Assembly: GCA_963832135.1 (NCBI GenBank)
Contig: CAWHTD010000016.1
Span: 1,186,445-1,250,444 of the forward strand
DNA: 64,000 nucleotides
Reading direction: 5' to 3'
Origin: Vicinamibacteria bacterium
GTDB lineage: Bacteria > Acidobacteriota > Vicinamibacteria > Vicinamibacterales > JAENWD01
Part shown: piece by piece, positions 1 to 13,081 of the stretch
How positions within the stretch are numbered: the first letter of the stretch is position 1
Layout: each line of letters begins with the position of its first letter
Notes under the pieces: model-generated
The model's input: only the letters and a program-made list of their open reading frames with translations
The model's database searches: none
Told to the model about the DNA's origin: nothing
Program-made: the position numbers and the translations under genes

Positions 1-164
1 GCACGCTCGAGTTCGGCGGCCACCCGCGCACGCGAAAGCGCCAGATCGCTTCGACGCGATTCGGCAGCGACCGCTTCCGGCGACGGCGCCGCCTTTTTCA
101 CGCGATCGGCCGCGGCATCTGCCTGCTGCGACTCGATCGATTTGCTTTCCCATCCCCGTGCCAT
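1..164 (-). CDS. Small hypothetical protein (MARGWESKSIESQQ...), runs off the window edge
   Basis: Manual translation from ATG at 164 with GGAG SD at 171-174; open to position 1; not in the ORF track. Confidence 0.7.
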   Translation of the reverse strand, partial: MARGWESKSIESQQADAAADRVKKAAPSPEAVAAESRRSDLALSRARVAAELER

Positions 165-242
165 TCGTCGCTCCTCCGGGCAAGCGCAGGTAGTGCGCCC
201 CTACAGTCGACGGTGCCATACGCACACAACCGTTCGCAATCC

Positions 243-2288
243 CTACTGTCCGCGCATCTTGCCCCAGAGCTTTCCCAGCAGGCCACCCACGACTTTCTCG
301 ATGATCCGCTCGGCGCGCTGTTGGAAGCTTCCGGAGTGCATCTGGCAGTGTGCGCGAGGCACCGCGTCGCTGGCCTTCAAATACTCGGTGTAAACCGGGC
401 ACCCGTTCACCGGCCGCAGGTACGAGACGGAACAGAGGTCGACCGCCCGCATGCCGGCAGGCGGCGTGAACGGCGCCGGCGGTGCCAATCGACTGGTGCG
501 CCGCATGAACTCCGCCCAGATCGGCAAGGCCACCCGACTGCCGGTCGCATTGGCGCGGATCGTGGCTGGTTCATCGAAGCCGACCCAGACTCCCACGACG
601 AGATGCGCCGAGTACCCGACGAACCAGGCATCCTTGAACTCGTTGGTTGTGCCCGTCTTCCCCGCTACGGGGAAGCGTACGCCCCAATCCCGCAGGCCGA
701 TGCCGGTCCCGCGATCGACGACGTCGGTCATGAGCGATACCACCTGGAATGCCACATCCTCCGGCAGCACCCGGCGGCGTTCGAACGGCTCGTCCAGCAT
801 GACGCTCCCGGTGTCGTCCACAACCCGCAGAATGCCACCCGGTGAGACGGCATAGCCGCCATTCGGGAAGGCCGCGTAGGCCGCCGTCAGTTCGAGCGGT
901 GTGATCAGGCCCGATCCCAGCGCAAGCGAGGGCACGTCCGGTTGACCCGATACGCCCAGCGACGAGGCGAGGCGCAGGATCGGCCGCGAGCCGACGCGCT
1001 GCTGAAGTGCCACGGCGGCCCGATTGTTCGACCGGATGAACGCGTCGCGCAGGGTGAGCTGGTCTTCCACGACGCCTGAAACGTTCCGCGGCGTCCATTC
1101 CTCTCGGCCCTGCGGCGGCAGCGCCTCCAGGCCTCGAAGAACGCTGACCGGGCTGTAGCCGCGTTCGAGAGCTGCCGCATAGACGAAGGGCTTGAACGCG
1201 GAGCCGGGTTGGCGCCGGCTGCGGACCGCGCGGTTGAACGTGGTCGTCGCGAAGTCGCGACCGCCGACAATCGCCAGCACATGACCGGTATCGGCATCGA
1301 TGGCGACGAGAGCGGCCTGCAGCTCTCGACCACCGAGCCGGCGCAGTCCCGACGAGACGGACTGCTCGGCAGCGTCCTGCATCGCGGGCACGAGCGTCGT
1401 GTGCACTTCCCAGTCGGCCGGCCGGTCGCCGCCGAAGTGGTTCCTGAACTGCTGGCGAAGATAGGCCTTTGCGTAGCCGTGGCGTGCCTCGGCCAGCGCC
1501 GGATACGGCCGGATCCGAAACCGCTGCCGTCGCGCCGCGGCCGCCTGCGCCGACGTGATGACGCCGCCCGACTCCATCCGCCGCAGGACCGTGTCGCTCC
1601 GCTGAATGGCGCCCTTGAGGTTCGACCACGGCGAGAGGGCCGAGGGCGCCTGGACGAGCCCCGCAATGAGCGCGGCTTCGGCGAGTGTCACGCCACTGGC
1701 GTGCTTGCCGAAGAGCGCCAGCGACATCGCCTCCACGCCGTACAACCCGCCGCTCAAGTACACCCGATTGAGATACAGCTCGAGGATCTGCGGCTTGGTG
1801 AGCCGCGTTTCGATCATCGTCGCGATCACGGCCTCCTTGGCCTTCCGCCCCGCCGTGCGGACGTTCGACAGGAAAAGCGTCCGTGCAAGCTGTTGCGTGA
1901 TCGTCGAGCCGCCCTCTACGGCCTCGCCGCGCCGGAGATCGACGACGAGGGCTCGCAAAAGCCCGAGGGGATCGATGCCCGGGTGCCACCAGAAGCGGCG
2001 ATCCTCCGTGGCGACCACGGCCTGCTGCAGGTAGGGAGAGATTTGCGCGAGGGGTACGTCGCGGCGGCGATCGTCCAGCCGGAACCAGGGACGTCCGTCA
2101 GCCCCGTAGAACACAACGTCCCCGACGCCTCCCGCCAGCCGATTCACCGCAATTGAGTATCTAACCGCCCAGCCGAACGTCGCGAGCCAGACCGCGATGA
2201 CGAGAACGACCAGCAGGAGCGCCAACCGATCCCACGGACCTCGCATGCGCCGGAGCGCATCCATCACTTCGCGGCCCACCGCGGTCAT
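243..2288 (-). CDS. Class A penicillin-binding protein (PBP1A family, transglycosylase + transpeptidase)
   Basis: EDRRF, GGSTITQQL, RKAKE, SAFK (SxxK), SNN and KTGT motifs; N-terminal TM anchor. Confidence 0.95.
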   Translation of the reverse strand: MTAVGREVMDALRRMRGPWDRLALLLVVLVIAVWLATFGWAVRYSIAVNRLAGGVGDVVFYGADGRPWFRLDDRRRDVPLAQISPYLQQAVVATEDRRFWWHPGIDPLGLLRALVVDLRRGEAVEGGSTITQQLARTLFLSNVRTAGRKAKEAVIATMIETRLTKPQILELYLNRVYLSGGLYGVEAMSLALFGKHASGVTLAEAALIAGLVQAPSALSPWSNLKGAIQRSDTVLRRMESGGVITSAQAAAARRQRFRIRPYPALAEARHGYAKAYLRQQFRNHFGGDRPADWEVHTTLVPAMQDAAEQSVSSGLRRLGGRELQAALVAIDADTGHVLAIVGGRDFATTTFNRAVRSRRQPGSAFKPFVYAAALERGYSPVSVLRGLEALPPQGREEWTPRNVSGVVEDQLTLRDAFIRSNNRAAVALQQRVGSRPILRLASSLGVSGQPDVPSLALGSGLITPLELTAAYAAFPNGGYAVSPGGILRVVDDTGSVMLDEPFERRRVLPEDVAFQVVSLMTDVVDRGTGIGLRDWGVRFPVAGKTGTTNEFKDAWFVGYSAHLVVGVWVGFDEPATIRANATGSRVALPIWAEFMRRTSRLAPPAPFTPPAGMRAVDLCSVSYLRPVNGCPVYTEYLKASDAVPRAHCQMHSGSFQQRAERIIEKVVGGLLGKLWGKMRGQ

Positions 2289-3028
2289 CGGCGTTCGTCT
2301 TTGGTGAGGAGCTCAGTCGCCTGCTCGTCCGTCTGCCCGTCGTCCTGCGCACCCTGGCTGCGAGCGTAGAAATACGACACGGCAAAGATGACGACAATCA
2401 GCGACAACGAGAGCCAGCGAGGAATTTCGAAGTGGATCCACCCGTAGCTGTGCGCCCACTCGACCAGCAGCTTGATGCCCACCCACAGGATGATCACGAA
2501 CGCGCCGTCCACGATCGCCGGGTATCGGCGTACGACCGTGAGGAGCTGCCCGATGACGAGGCGCATGGCGATGATGCCGAGGATCCCGCCCGTCAGGATG
2601 ACCCAGAGCTTCTGGGACATCGCGACGGCTACGAGAATCGAGTCGATGGCGAAGACGATGTCGGTCAACTCCACCTTGACGACGGTCGCCCAGAAGGCCG
2701 AAAGGCCCATCCAGGGTCTCGCCGGAACGGGCGTCCGACGGTCGTCTGCGCCCCCGCCGCGAAAGAAGTGCTGATACGGGAGCCAGATCAGATACAGGCC
2801 GCCGAGCAGCTGCACGCCCCGTAGCTGAATCATGTGGACGGCAAAAACCGTCGCCAGCGTGCGAAAGGCGAAGGCGCCGACGATGCCGTAGCGAAGCGCC
2901 GGCCGCTGCTGGTCTTTGGGCAGCCCCAAAACGAGCACGGCCAGCACCATGGCGTTGTCTGCGCTGAGAAGTCCCTCGAGGAGAACGAGCAGGCCGACGG
3001 TGACGAGGTCTCCAGGCGTTACAGGCAT
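2285..3028 (-). CDS. TerC family membrane protein (YkoY/MeeY-like)
   Basis: LEGLLSADNA and ELTDIVFAIDSI signatures; multiple TM helices. Confidence 0.92.
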   Translation of the reverse strand: MPVTPGDLVTVGLLVLLEGLLSADNAMVLAVLVLGLPKDQQRPALRYGIVGAFAFRTLATVFAVHMIQLRGVQLLGGLYLIWLPYQHFFRGGGADDRRTPVPARPWMGLSAFWATVVKVELTDIVFAIDSILVAVAMSQKLWVILTGGILGIIAMRLVIGQLLTVVRRYPAIVDGAFVIILWVGIKLLVEWAHSYGWIHFEIPRWLSLSLIVVIFAVSYFYARSQGAQDDGQTDEQATELLTKDERR

Positions 3029-3065
3029 CCGTTAGTCGAGTATGCCGCATCCCCTACGGCCAATG

Positions 3066-3113
3066 TTGACACGCAACGTATCAATGCTTACACTTGATCC
3101 GACGCAACTTCAA
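3066..3113 (+). promoter_or_regulatory. Sigma70 promoter of the heat-shock operon overlapped by HAIR-like inverted repeats
   Basis: TTGACA(3066)-N17-TACACT(3089); TTGA-N11-TCAA at 3066-3084 has HAIR geometry; second TTGA-N12-TCAA at 3094-3113. Confidence 0.7.
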
Positions 3114-3183
3114 CTATTGGAGGCGTGACTCAGCGCCCCCAAGTAATCTGTGGAGGGCGGTGCTCGTCGGCCCCGCGGCAAGC

Positions 3184-3528
3184 ATGGCAGCGGTCCAGGA
3201 CTTTTATCTCATCAGCATGGCGGCGCGGCTGCTCGGGATGCATCCGCAGACGCTCCGGAAGTACGAGCGACTCGGCCTGGTTCAACCTGGCCGGACCCTC
3301 GGCAGCATGCGCGTCTATACGCGCGATGAGCTCGACCGCCTCCGGCTGATCAAACACCTCGTCGACGAAGCAGGCGTGAACCTGGCGGGTGTGCAGCGGC
3401 TGTTGTCGGTGGCCGAGATCGTCGAGCGAATGCGACCCCTTCTTGGCGATGATCCGGTCGCGCGGCCCGAGACGCGGCGGCGGCTCGCGGTGGAGCTCGA
3501 GGCGCTCAGCCGAGTGCTGGGACTGTGA
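3184..3528 (+). CDS. hspR: MerR-family heat-shock repressor HspR
   Basis: [25 protein letters not shown]...GVNLAGV; directly upstream of dnaJ/clpB. Confidence 0.85.
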   Translation: MAAVQDFYLISMAARLLGMHPQTLRKYERLGLVQPGRTLGSMRVYTRDELDRLRLIKHLVDEAGVNLAGVQRLLSVAEIVERMRPLLGDDPVARPETRRRLAVELEALSRVLGL

Positions 3529-3530
3529 CT

Positions 3531-4520
3531 ATGGAATTCAAGGATTACTACGCCACGCTCGGCGTACCGAAGACGGCCACGGACAAAGAGCTCAAGCAGG
3601 CCTACCGCAAGCTCGCCCGGAAGCATCACCCGGACGTGAACCCGGGCGACAAGACGGCCGAAGCAAAATTCAAGGAAATCAACGAGGCCTACGAGGTGCT
3701 CGGTGATGCCGACAAGCGCCGGAAGTACGACGAGCTCGGCGCGAACTGGCGCGCCTACGAACAGGCCGAACGCGCGGGTGGCGCCGGGCCCTTCGAGCAG
3801 GGCGGATGGAGCGTGAACGTCGGAGGCGGGCAGGGCGGCTTCCGAACGATGAGCGAAGAGGAAATGCGTGAGATCTTCGGGACGGACAACCCGTTCTCGG
3901 ATTTCTTCAACACGTTCTTCGGAGGCGGCGAGCCGGAGTCCGGCCGTCGCGCTCGCACGGCGCGGTCTCGCGCCCGGAAGGGACGCGACCTCGAACAGGA
4001 GCTCGAGCTGACGCTCGAGGAGGCCGACCAGGGCGTGACGCGCCGCTTTTCGATCAAGCACGATGGGCACGCGCGAACGGTCGACGTCCGGGTGCCGCCC
4101 GGCGTGGGCGACGGCTCTCGCGTGCGGGTGGGTGGTGAAGGCGAACGAGGAGTCGGCGGCGCCGCCTCGGGCGATCTGTACCTTCGGGTACGGCTCCAGC
4201 CGCATCCTCAGTTCGAGCGGAAGGGCCGCGACCTCTACAGCCGCATTTCCGTGCCGCTCACGACGGCCGTCCTCGGCGGTGAAGTGAGTGTGCCCGCGCT
4301 GGGCGGACGCACGCTGCGGCTGAAAGTGCCGCCCGCGACGCAGAACGGACAAGTATTTCGGCTGCGAGGGCAAGGCATGAGCCTCAGCGGCAAACCCGGA
4401 GAGCGAAGCGACCTGTACGCCACCGTGGATGTCGAGCTGCCAAAACAGCTCACACCGCAGGAGCGCACCCTCTTCGAGGAATTGGCAAAGCTCGAACGCG
4501 ACAAGCACTCCGCTGCGTAA
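3531..4520 (+). CDS. DnaJ-class co-chaperone without zinc finger (CbpA-type)
   Basis: J domain with HPD, G/F-rich region, C-terminal DnaJ domain, no CxxCxGxG repeats. Confidence 0.93.
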   Translation: MEFKDYYATLGVPKTATDKELKQAYRKLARKHHPDVNPGDKTAEAKFKEINEAYEVLGDADKRRKYDELGANWRAYEQAERAGGAGPFEQGGWSVNVGGGQGGFRTMSEEEMREIFGTDNPFSDFFNTFFGGGEPESGRRARTARSRARKGRDLEQELELTLEEADQGVTRRFSIKHDGHARTVDVRVPPGVGDGSRVRVGGEGERGVGGAASGDLYLRVRLQPHPQFERKGRDLYSRISVPLTTAVLGGEVSVPALGGRTLRLKVPPATQNGQVFRLRGQGMSLSGKPGERSDLYATVDVELPKQLTPQERTLFEELAKLERDKHSAA

Positions 4521-4559
4521 GAGCCGCATGAGAACGGGCCTTTAGAGGTCGCGGGATTT

Positions 4560-4650
4560 TGGGGCCGGGACCTGACGGTCCGGCCCCATGTGAGGCGGTC
4601 CGGCCCTATGTGTGACCCCCTTCTCATGTAGAGCGGACCTTTAGGTCCGG
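4560..4650. repeat. Cluster of REP-like palindromes (GTAGAGCGGACC-TTTA-GGTCCG and degenerate inverted copies)
   Basis: Palindrome with GTAG foot at 4628-4649; GGTCCGGCCCyATGTG occurs twice upstream. Confidence 0.6.
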
Positions 4651-4679
4651 CAATCATTCGGGTGGAGGCACGAGTCATC

Positions 4680-7280
<2,601 letters not shown>

Positions 7281-7293
7281 CCGAAGGAGTCTT

Positions 7294-9204
7294 GTGGCGA
7301 CGCAGCCGTCAGTGCCCCGACCTCGCGAACGCAAGCCCGGTGAACGCCGGTCCCTGCCCCCGCAGCGTCCGGCGTTCTCGATTTGGTACGTGCTTGGCCT
7401 GTTGTTCCTGCTCGCGGTTGCACAGGCATGGTTCCTGACGCCTTCCGGACGACAGGTCCCGTACAGCGAGTTCAAGGCCGCCGTCCGCAGCGGTCAGGTC
7501 GTCGAGGTGATGGTGGGCGACCAGGCCATCAGCGGCCGCCTCCGCGAGCCGCAGGGCGAGGGACGCCAGCGATCAGATCGATTTGTCACCACGCGCATCG
7601 ACGATCCGAAGTTGGTAGAGGACCTCGAGGCGCATCGCGTGAAATACAGCGGCGAGACCGTGAGCCGTTGGCTTCCGGCAGTCCTGGAATGGGTCATTCC
7701 GCTCGTGCTGCTCATCGCGGTGTGGAGCTTCTTCTTCAAACGCATGGGAGGCGCCGAGGGCGGCGTCATGTCGTTTGCCCGCAGCCGGGCCAAAATCTAC
7801 GCGGAAGACGATGTCAAGGTGAGCTTCTCGGACGTCGCGGGCGTGGACGAGGCGGAGGATGAGCTGCGTGAGATCGTCGAATTCCTGAGGACTCCGAAGA
7901 AATATACGCAGCTCGGAGGGCGCATTCCGAAAGGCGTGCTGCTCGTTGGACCGCCGGGCACCGGCAAGACCCTGCTGGCGCGGGCCGTGGCAGGCGAAGC
8001 GAAAGTCCCCTTCTTCTCGCTCAGCGGCTCGGAGTTCGTGGAGATGTTCGTCGGCGTCGGCGCCGCGCGGGTCCGTGACTTGTTCGGGCAGGCCGAAGCG
8101 AAGGCGCCTTGCATCGTCTTCATCGACGAGCTCGACGCGCTCGGGAAAGTCCGGGTGCAGAGCCCGGTGGGCAGCCACGAAGAGCGCGAGCAGACGCTGA
8201 ACCAGCTGCTGGCGGAAATGGACGGGTTCGATTCGCGAAAGGCGGTCATCATCATGGCCGCCACCAACCGGCCGGAGGTGCTCGACCCGGCACTGCTCCG
8301 TCCCGGCCGCTTCGATCGACAGGTGTTGGTGGATAAGCCCGACATCAACGGGCGCGAGGCCGTGCTGCGCATTCACACGCGGAACGTCAAGATGGCGCCC
8401 GCGGTCGATCTGCGGGTGATTGCTTCACGGACAGCCGGCTTCGCCGGGGCCGATCTCGCGAACCTCGTGAACGAAGCGGCGCTGCTCGCGGCGCGTAAAG
8501 ACAAGGTCGCGGTCGACATGCGCGACTTCGACGAAGCCATCGACCGGCTGATCGCCGGGCTCGAGAAAAAGCGCGTCATGAGCACGCGGGAGCGCGAAAT
8601 CGTCGCGTTCCACGAGGCCGGTCACGCCATCATCGCCTCGGTCCTGCCGGGGCTCGATCCGGTGCACAAGATCTCGATCGTGCAGCGTGGATTCGGTGCG
8701 CTCGGCTACACGATGCAATTGCCGCTGGAAGATCGCTACCTCATGACGCGCACGGATCTGCGTCATCAGCTCGCCGTGCTGCTCGGCGGCCGCACGGCCG
8801 AAGAGCTCGCGCTTGGCGAGATCTCGACCGGCGCCCAGAACGACCTCCAGCGCGCCTCCGACATCGCACGCGCGATGGTCACCGAGTGGGGTATGAGCGA
8901 TGCGATGGGTGCCATCAACTACGCGGGCGAGAAGCGGAATCGCTTCCTCGAGATCGGCATTCCTCAGGAGCGCGGCACCTACGCGGAGGAAACGGCGCAG
9001 CAGATCGACGCCGAAGTGAGGCGAATCATGACCGAGGCGCACGATACGGCACGCGAGCTGCTGAGCGAGCGCCGCGACAGCCTCAACGCCGTGACCAGGC
9101 GGCTGCTCGAAAAGGAAGTCATGGAGGGCGACGAGCTGCGCCAGATTCTCGGCGTTCCGGCCACGCCCGTCGAGCCGACTTCGCCCACGCCCGCCAGCGC
9201 CTAG
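7294..9204 (+). CDS. ftsH: ATP-dependent zinc metalloprotease FtsH
   Basis: Two TM helices, [11 protein letters not shown] ([20 protein letters not shown]), HEAGH. Confidence 0.97.
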   Translation: MATQPSVPRPRERKPGERRSLPPQRPAFSIWYVLGLLFLLAVAQAWFLTPSGRQVPYSEFKAAVRSGQVVEVMVGDQAISGRLREPQGEGRQRSDRFVTTRIDDPKLVEDLEAHRVKYSGETVSRWLPAVLEWVIPLVLLIAVWSFFFKRMGGAEGGVMSFARSRAKIYAEDDVKVSFSDVAGVDEAEDELREIVEFLRTPKKYTQLGGRIPKGVLLVGPPGTGKTLLARAVAGEAKVPFFSLSGSEFVEMFVGVGAARVRDLFGQAEAKAPCIVFIDELDALGKVRVQSPVGSHEEREQTLNQLLAEMDGFDSRKAVIIMAATNRPEVLDPALLRPGRFDRQVLVDKPDINGREAVLRIHTRNVKMAPAVDLRVIASRTAGFAGADLANLVNEAALLAARKDKVAVDMRDFDEAIDRLIAGLEKKRVMSTREREIVAFHEAGHAIIASVLPGLDPVHKISIVQRGFGALGYTMQLPLEDRYLMTRTDLRHQLAVLLGGRTAEELALGEISTGAQNDLQRASDIARAMVTEWGMSDAMGAINYAGEKRNRFLEIGIPQERGTYAEETAQQIDAEVRRIMTEAHDTARELLSERRDSLNAVTRRLLEKEVMEGDELRQILGVPATPVEPTSPTPASA

Positions 9205-9302
9205 AGCCGCTTCACCCTTCTTTCAATCCTGCCGGTTCGCTGTTCCATTCCGGGACGCGGGGCCCGCTGTGTCGTCCTGTGCACGACCGCCCGGTCCTTC
9301 GA

Positions 9303-9346
9303 AATCAACAGGTTAGTGGCACCAACTCGACGGGCACATCCTTTGC
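9303..9346 (+). promoter_or_regulatory. Sigma54 promoter with upstream IHF site
   Basis: AATCAA-CAGG-TTA (WATCAANNNNTTR) at 9303-9315; GGGCAC-N5-TTGC (-24/-12) at 9332-9346. Confidence 0.75.
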
Positions 9347-9383
9347 GGATGAGCGGCGCATCCCCAGACGTGGAGAGGCTTCG

Positions 9384-10760
9384 ATGCAGGGACGATGGGC
9401 GCTCACAGGCGGGCTGGCACTGGCCCTAGCGGCCGGCGGCCACATTCTCGTTACGAAGGCGGCGACTCCAGCCATTGCCGTCGAAGATCTCGGACCGTCA
9501 GGCCTCCCGACCTACGCGCGTGCGGTGAGCGCCTCGGGCCGTGCGGCCGGCTTCGGGTACGACGCCGGCACCGTGGGATTCGGCTTCGAGCATTCGGGAG
9601 CGCCTGCGTTTGTTCCCCTGCCGTCGGGAGCCTCCGAGCTGTACGCGTACGGCGTCAACGGCAATGACGTGCTCACGGGCACGTATCGCGGCGCCGACGG
9701 GATCTCGCGCGCGTTTCGCTACGATGCGATGACGGCCGTTCTGACAGACGTCCCGCTCGTCACCGGCGCCACCGCGGCGACGGCGCAAGGCATCAACGAC
9801 GGAGGCGTGGTGGTGGGCTTTACGTTCACGCCGTCCGGCACTCGGGCATTTCGGCACCGGCCAGGGCTCGAGCCCGAGAATCTCGGTGACTTCGGGGGGA
9901 ACTACTCGGCGGCATTTGCCGCCAACGCGTCGGGCATTGTCGTCGGGGAAGCCCGCGAGTCGAGCGGCGCGTTCCGCGCGTTCCGCTTCAACGGCGCGCT
10001 TCATCCGCTTTCGCCGATTGCCGGGGCCTTCTCGCGAGCCGCCGCGATCAATGACGCGGGCGTGATGGTCGGCTACTCGTCCACGGCCACAGGCCAGCTC
10101 CACGCGGCGCGATGGCGATCGGACGCGGTCGTCGACGACCTCGGGACCCTCGGTGGGCCCACGAGCAGCGCGCTCGACATCAACGCCAGGGGTGACGTCG
10201 TGGGCCGCGCCGACGTCGCGCCCAGCCAGCCGCGCGCGTTCCTCGTCCAGGACGACCAGATGATCGACCTGAACAGCCTCATCGACGAGCACTCAGGATG
10301 GCTGCTGCAGGCCGCTTACGGCATCAATGACGCTGGTGTGGTGGTGGGAGAAGGGCTGCTGAAGGGGTCGCCGCGTGCGTTTCGCCTGACGCTGCCGTCC
10401 ACGCAGGATTCGGACGTGACCCCGCCGCTCGTGAGCGCCCTGTCGGCCACTCCAGCGTCGCTTTGGCCGCCAAAGCACCAACTCGTCACCGTGGCGGTGC
10501 ACGTCAGCGCCTCTGACGACTCGGGCGAGACGCCGGCCTGCCGGCTCGCGAGCGTGACGAGCAGCGATCCCGACAACGGCGCGGGCGACGGCGACACCAG
10601 CGGCGACATCGCCATCACGGGTCCGTTTTCCGCCAAGCTGCGCGCCGAACGTTCGGGAGGCCGCGAACGCATCTACACGCTCACGGTGCAGTGCCAGGAC
10701 GGGACCGGGAACGTCGCCACCAACACAACGAAAGTGGTGGTGCCGAAGAACGGCAACTAA
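9384..10760 (+). CDS. Secreted HAF-type repeat (probable beta-propeller) protein with C-terminal LWPPxH domain
   Basis: Signal peptide; repeated DLGTLGG-S-A-xIN-xG-VVG...RAF units; GGAG SD before ATG 9384. Confidence 0.85.
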   Translation: MQGRWALTGGLALALAAGGHILVTKAATPAIAVEDLGPSGLPTYARAVSASGRAAGFGYDAGTVGFGFEHSGAPAFVPLPSGASELYAYGVNGNDVLTGTYRGADGISRAFRYDAMTAVLTDVPLVTGATAATAQGINDGGVVVGFTFTPSGTRAFRHRPGLEPENLGDFGGNYSAAFAANASGIVVGEARESSGAFRAFRFNGALHPLSPIAGAFSRAAAINDAGVMVGYSSTATGQLHAARWRSDAVVDDLGTLGGPTSSALDINARGDVVGRADVAPSQPRAFLVQDDQMIDLNSLIDEHSGWLLQAAYGINDAGVVVGEGLLKGSPRAFRLTLPSTQDSDVTPPLVSALSATPASLWPPKHQLVTVAVHVSASDDSGETPACRLASVTSSDPDNGAGDGDTSGDIAITGPFSAKLRAERSGGRERIYTLTVQCQDGTGNVATNTTKVVVPKNGN

Positions 10761-10764
10761 ACAA

Positions 10765-10943
10765 CGGGTTGATCGGGTTAGGCGGGTTAGGCGGGTTAGG
10801 CGGGTTAGGCGGGTTAGGCGGGTTAGGCAGGTTGGTAGGGTTAGCCGGATCGGTCAAGTTGGTGGTTAGCGAGATTGATCGGGTTGGTCGGGTTGGTGGC
10901 GTTGCCGAACCCGACCAACCTGGCCAACCTGACCAACCCGATT
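10765..10943. repeat. 9-bp tandem repeat (CGGGTTAGG)6 with degenerate copies and a complementary C-rich arm
   Basis: Six perfect units at 10774-10827; ACCAACCyG units at about 10905-10942 are reverse-complementary; lies between convergent genes. Confidence 0.9.
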
Positions 10944-10957
10944 AGCTGCGATGTTCC

Positions 10958-13081
10958 CTATTTTGGAAGGGGGGTCGGAGCCGGCGTCGGCGGGGTGGGC
11001 GCAACGACCGGCTGCGGGCCTTGCCGGCCGCGATGTTCGCCGTCGGCAAGCTGCGACAGCGCGAAGATGGCCTGCTGGCGCACATCGGCGACCGGATCCT
11101 TGACAGCCGCGGTCAGCGCCTCGATGGCCGAGTCGTCGCCGATCTGGCTGAGCGCGAACGCGGCCTGCTCACGAACCGACGGCTCCTTGTCCTTGAGTGC
11201 CGCGATCAAGGCGGGCACGGCGGCGCGATCGCCGATCTGGCTGAGCGCGGCGGCCGCCTGTTCACGGACGTTGGGCTTCGAATCGCTCAAGGCGCCAATC
11301 AGGGCCGGCACCGCACTCACGTCGCGGATTTGCGACAACGCGAAGAGCGCCTGCTCCCGCACATCGTCGTCGACATCCTTCAACGCCGCAACCAGCGCGG
11401 GGACCGCCTTGGCCACGCGAAGCTGGCTCAGCGCGAAGGCCGCTTGCTGCCGGACCTCGGCGTTCTCGTCTTTGAGCGCGCCGATCAGCGCGTCGGTGGC
11501 ACGATCGTCCCGAAGCTGCGACAGCGCGAAAGCGGCCTGCTGGCGGACCTCAGGCTCCTTGTCCTTCAGTCCCACCACGAACGCGTCGAAGGCCGCGGGC
11601 GACCGAAAACGCGACAACGCGTGCATCGCGCTCTTACGCACCTCCACGTCGCTGTCTTTCAGTGCCTCCATGAGGGCCTGGAGCACGCCTGGAGATACAG
11701 CTCGAGGTTCCCCTTCGTTGTCGTCGTTATCCTCGTTATCGTTGTTGCTCTCGTTATCGTTCGAGTTGCCCTTCGTCGACTTGGATTCAGCAGCCTGCCC
11801 CGACGAGAGCGCTGGCGATACCGTCTGCGCTCCATCGCGGCGTGAATCGCCAGCCGCGCGTGCGGTACCGACATCTCCCAGCGGCTTCGCTTTGCCGGCG
11901 GGGACACTCATCGGCGGGCGCTCCGGGACGGAAGCGTCGACGCCGTCTGCGTGACCACCTGGCATCGTCGCGGCGTCGGTGATCGCCGGCGGCACGACCG
12001 CGGGCCTCGCGACGAGCCGAACTGTTGCCACAGGCAGTGCGATGACGGTCGCGAGCACCGCCACCTGCCAAAGGAGGTGATGGGCCGCGCGGGCGCGGCT
12101 GCGTCGTGGATCGAGAATCGCGAGCAGACGGCCCTCGAGCTCCGACGGCCGGGCCATCGCCAACGCGGCGCTGGCCAGCCCGGGGCGCGCGTCAAGAGTG
12201 GCAGCGCGCGCAATGTCGAGGAGGTGCTGCGCATAGTCCGCGCCTGGCGTTCCGCAGGCCAGCACGAGGTCGTCACACGCGCGCTCGCGTTCGGCCCGGA
12301 GATGTCGCGCACCGAGCCATGCGAGCGGGTTGAACCAGTAGAGCGCACAGACGACGTGACTGACCGCCTGGAGCAGACAGTCCCGCCGCGCGACGTGCGC
12401 GAGTTCGTGCAGCAGCACCACATGGATGCGCTCGTCGGTCCACGTGAGCGCCGCCGTCGGTACGACCAGCACAGGCCGGAAGAGTCCGCAGGTGAACGGC
12501 ACCGACACGCGCGTGGAGACGACCAGCTGAGAAGTTCTCGTCAATCCAAGCGTCGCGGTCGCCACGTCCAGCGCGTCACGCCAGCGAGGATCGTCGAGGC
12601 GATCCGCACGTCTCGTCATCCAGCGCACGGCACAAAGGCTGATCAGGTACCTCAGTACCAATGCCGTGGCGATCAGCGCCCAGGCGAGCAGCCCCCACGT
12701 CATCGGTGCGACCGCGCCCACAAGCTGCCCGAGGCGCGTCGATCCCTCAACGGACGGCGAGGCCGGAACACGATCCGTGTGTTTCAGCTGGGGCGCCGGC
12801 TGCAGGGTGGTGTTGCGAATGTTCTCGAGCTGCCGCGCAACGTACGTTGGCGCGGCTGGCGCGGCGGCCGGCAGAAGGGCCAGACGCCATGCCGGCAGTA
12901 CGCCGGCGGCAATCGGCAGGGCAAACGCGGCAATGAATCCCGCCGCCCAGACCGCATACCGCGTCGATGCCGAGCGGCGCAGCGCCACGCGCGCGCCGAG
13001 CCACGCCAGCGCGAGTACCAGGGTCGCTCTTGCCGCCAGTTCCGCGAGCACTAGAAGGGTCGTCCCGTCGGTCGCCATCAT
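10958..13081 (-). CDS. BlaR1-like M56 zinc metallopeptidase with 7 C-terminal HEAT (PBS lyase/alphaRep) repeats
   Basis: HELAH, WFNPLAW, ERERACDDLV, LEGRLLAIL; then a TM helix and 31-aa repeats ALKD...VRQQAAFALSQ. Confidence 0.92.
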   Translation of the reverse strand: MMATDGTTLLVLAELAARATLVLALAWLGARVALRRSASTRYAVWAAGFIAAFALPIAAGVLPAWRLALLPAAAPAAPTYVARQLENIRNTTLQPAPQLKHTDRVPASPSVEGSTRLGQLVGAVAPMTWGLLAWALIATALVLRYLISLCAVRWMTRRADRLDDPRWRDALDVATATLGLTRTSQLVVSTRVSVPFTCGLFRPVLVVPTAALTWTDERIHVVLLHELAHVARRDCLLQAVSHVVCALYWFNPLAWLGARHLRAERERACDDLVLACGTPGADYAQHLLDIARAATLDARPGLASAALAMARPSELEGRLLAILDPRRSRARAAHHLLWQVAVLATVIALPVATVRLVARPAVVPPAITDAATMPGGHADGVDASVPERPPMSVPAGKAKPLGDVGTARAAGDSRRDGAQTVSPALSSGQAAESKSTKGNSNDNESNNDNEDNDDNEGEPRAVSPGVLQALMEALKDSDVEVRKSAMHALSRFRSPAAFDAFVVGLKDKEPEVRQQAAFALSQLRDDRATDALIGALKDENAEVRQQAAFALSQLRVAKAVPALVAALKDVDDDVREQALFALSQIRDVSAVPALIGALSDSKPNVREQAAAALSQIGDRAAVPALIAALKDKEPSVREQAAFALSQIGDDSAIEALTAAVKDPVADVRQQAIFALSQLADGEHRGRQGPQPVVAPTPPTPAPTPLPK

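Noticed and set aside
3029-3183. yybP-ykoY manganese riboswitch upstream of terC
   Set aside because: A -10 lies about 10 nt from the ATG and the region is occupied by the divergent hspR promoter
8886-9383. N-terminal extension of the 624-aa ORF
   Set aside because: Overlaps ftsH and the promoter region; SD and signal peptide place the start at 9384
10691-10945. ORF with GLGGLGGL repeats
   Set aside because: Translation of the 9-bp DNA repeat; overlaps the HAF gene; no SD or domain
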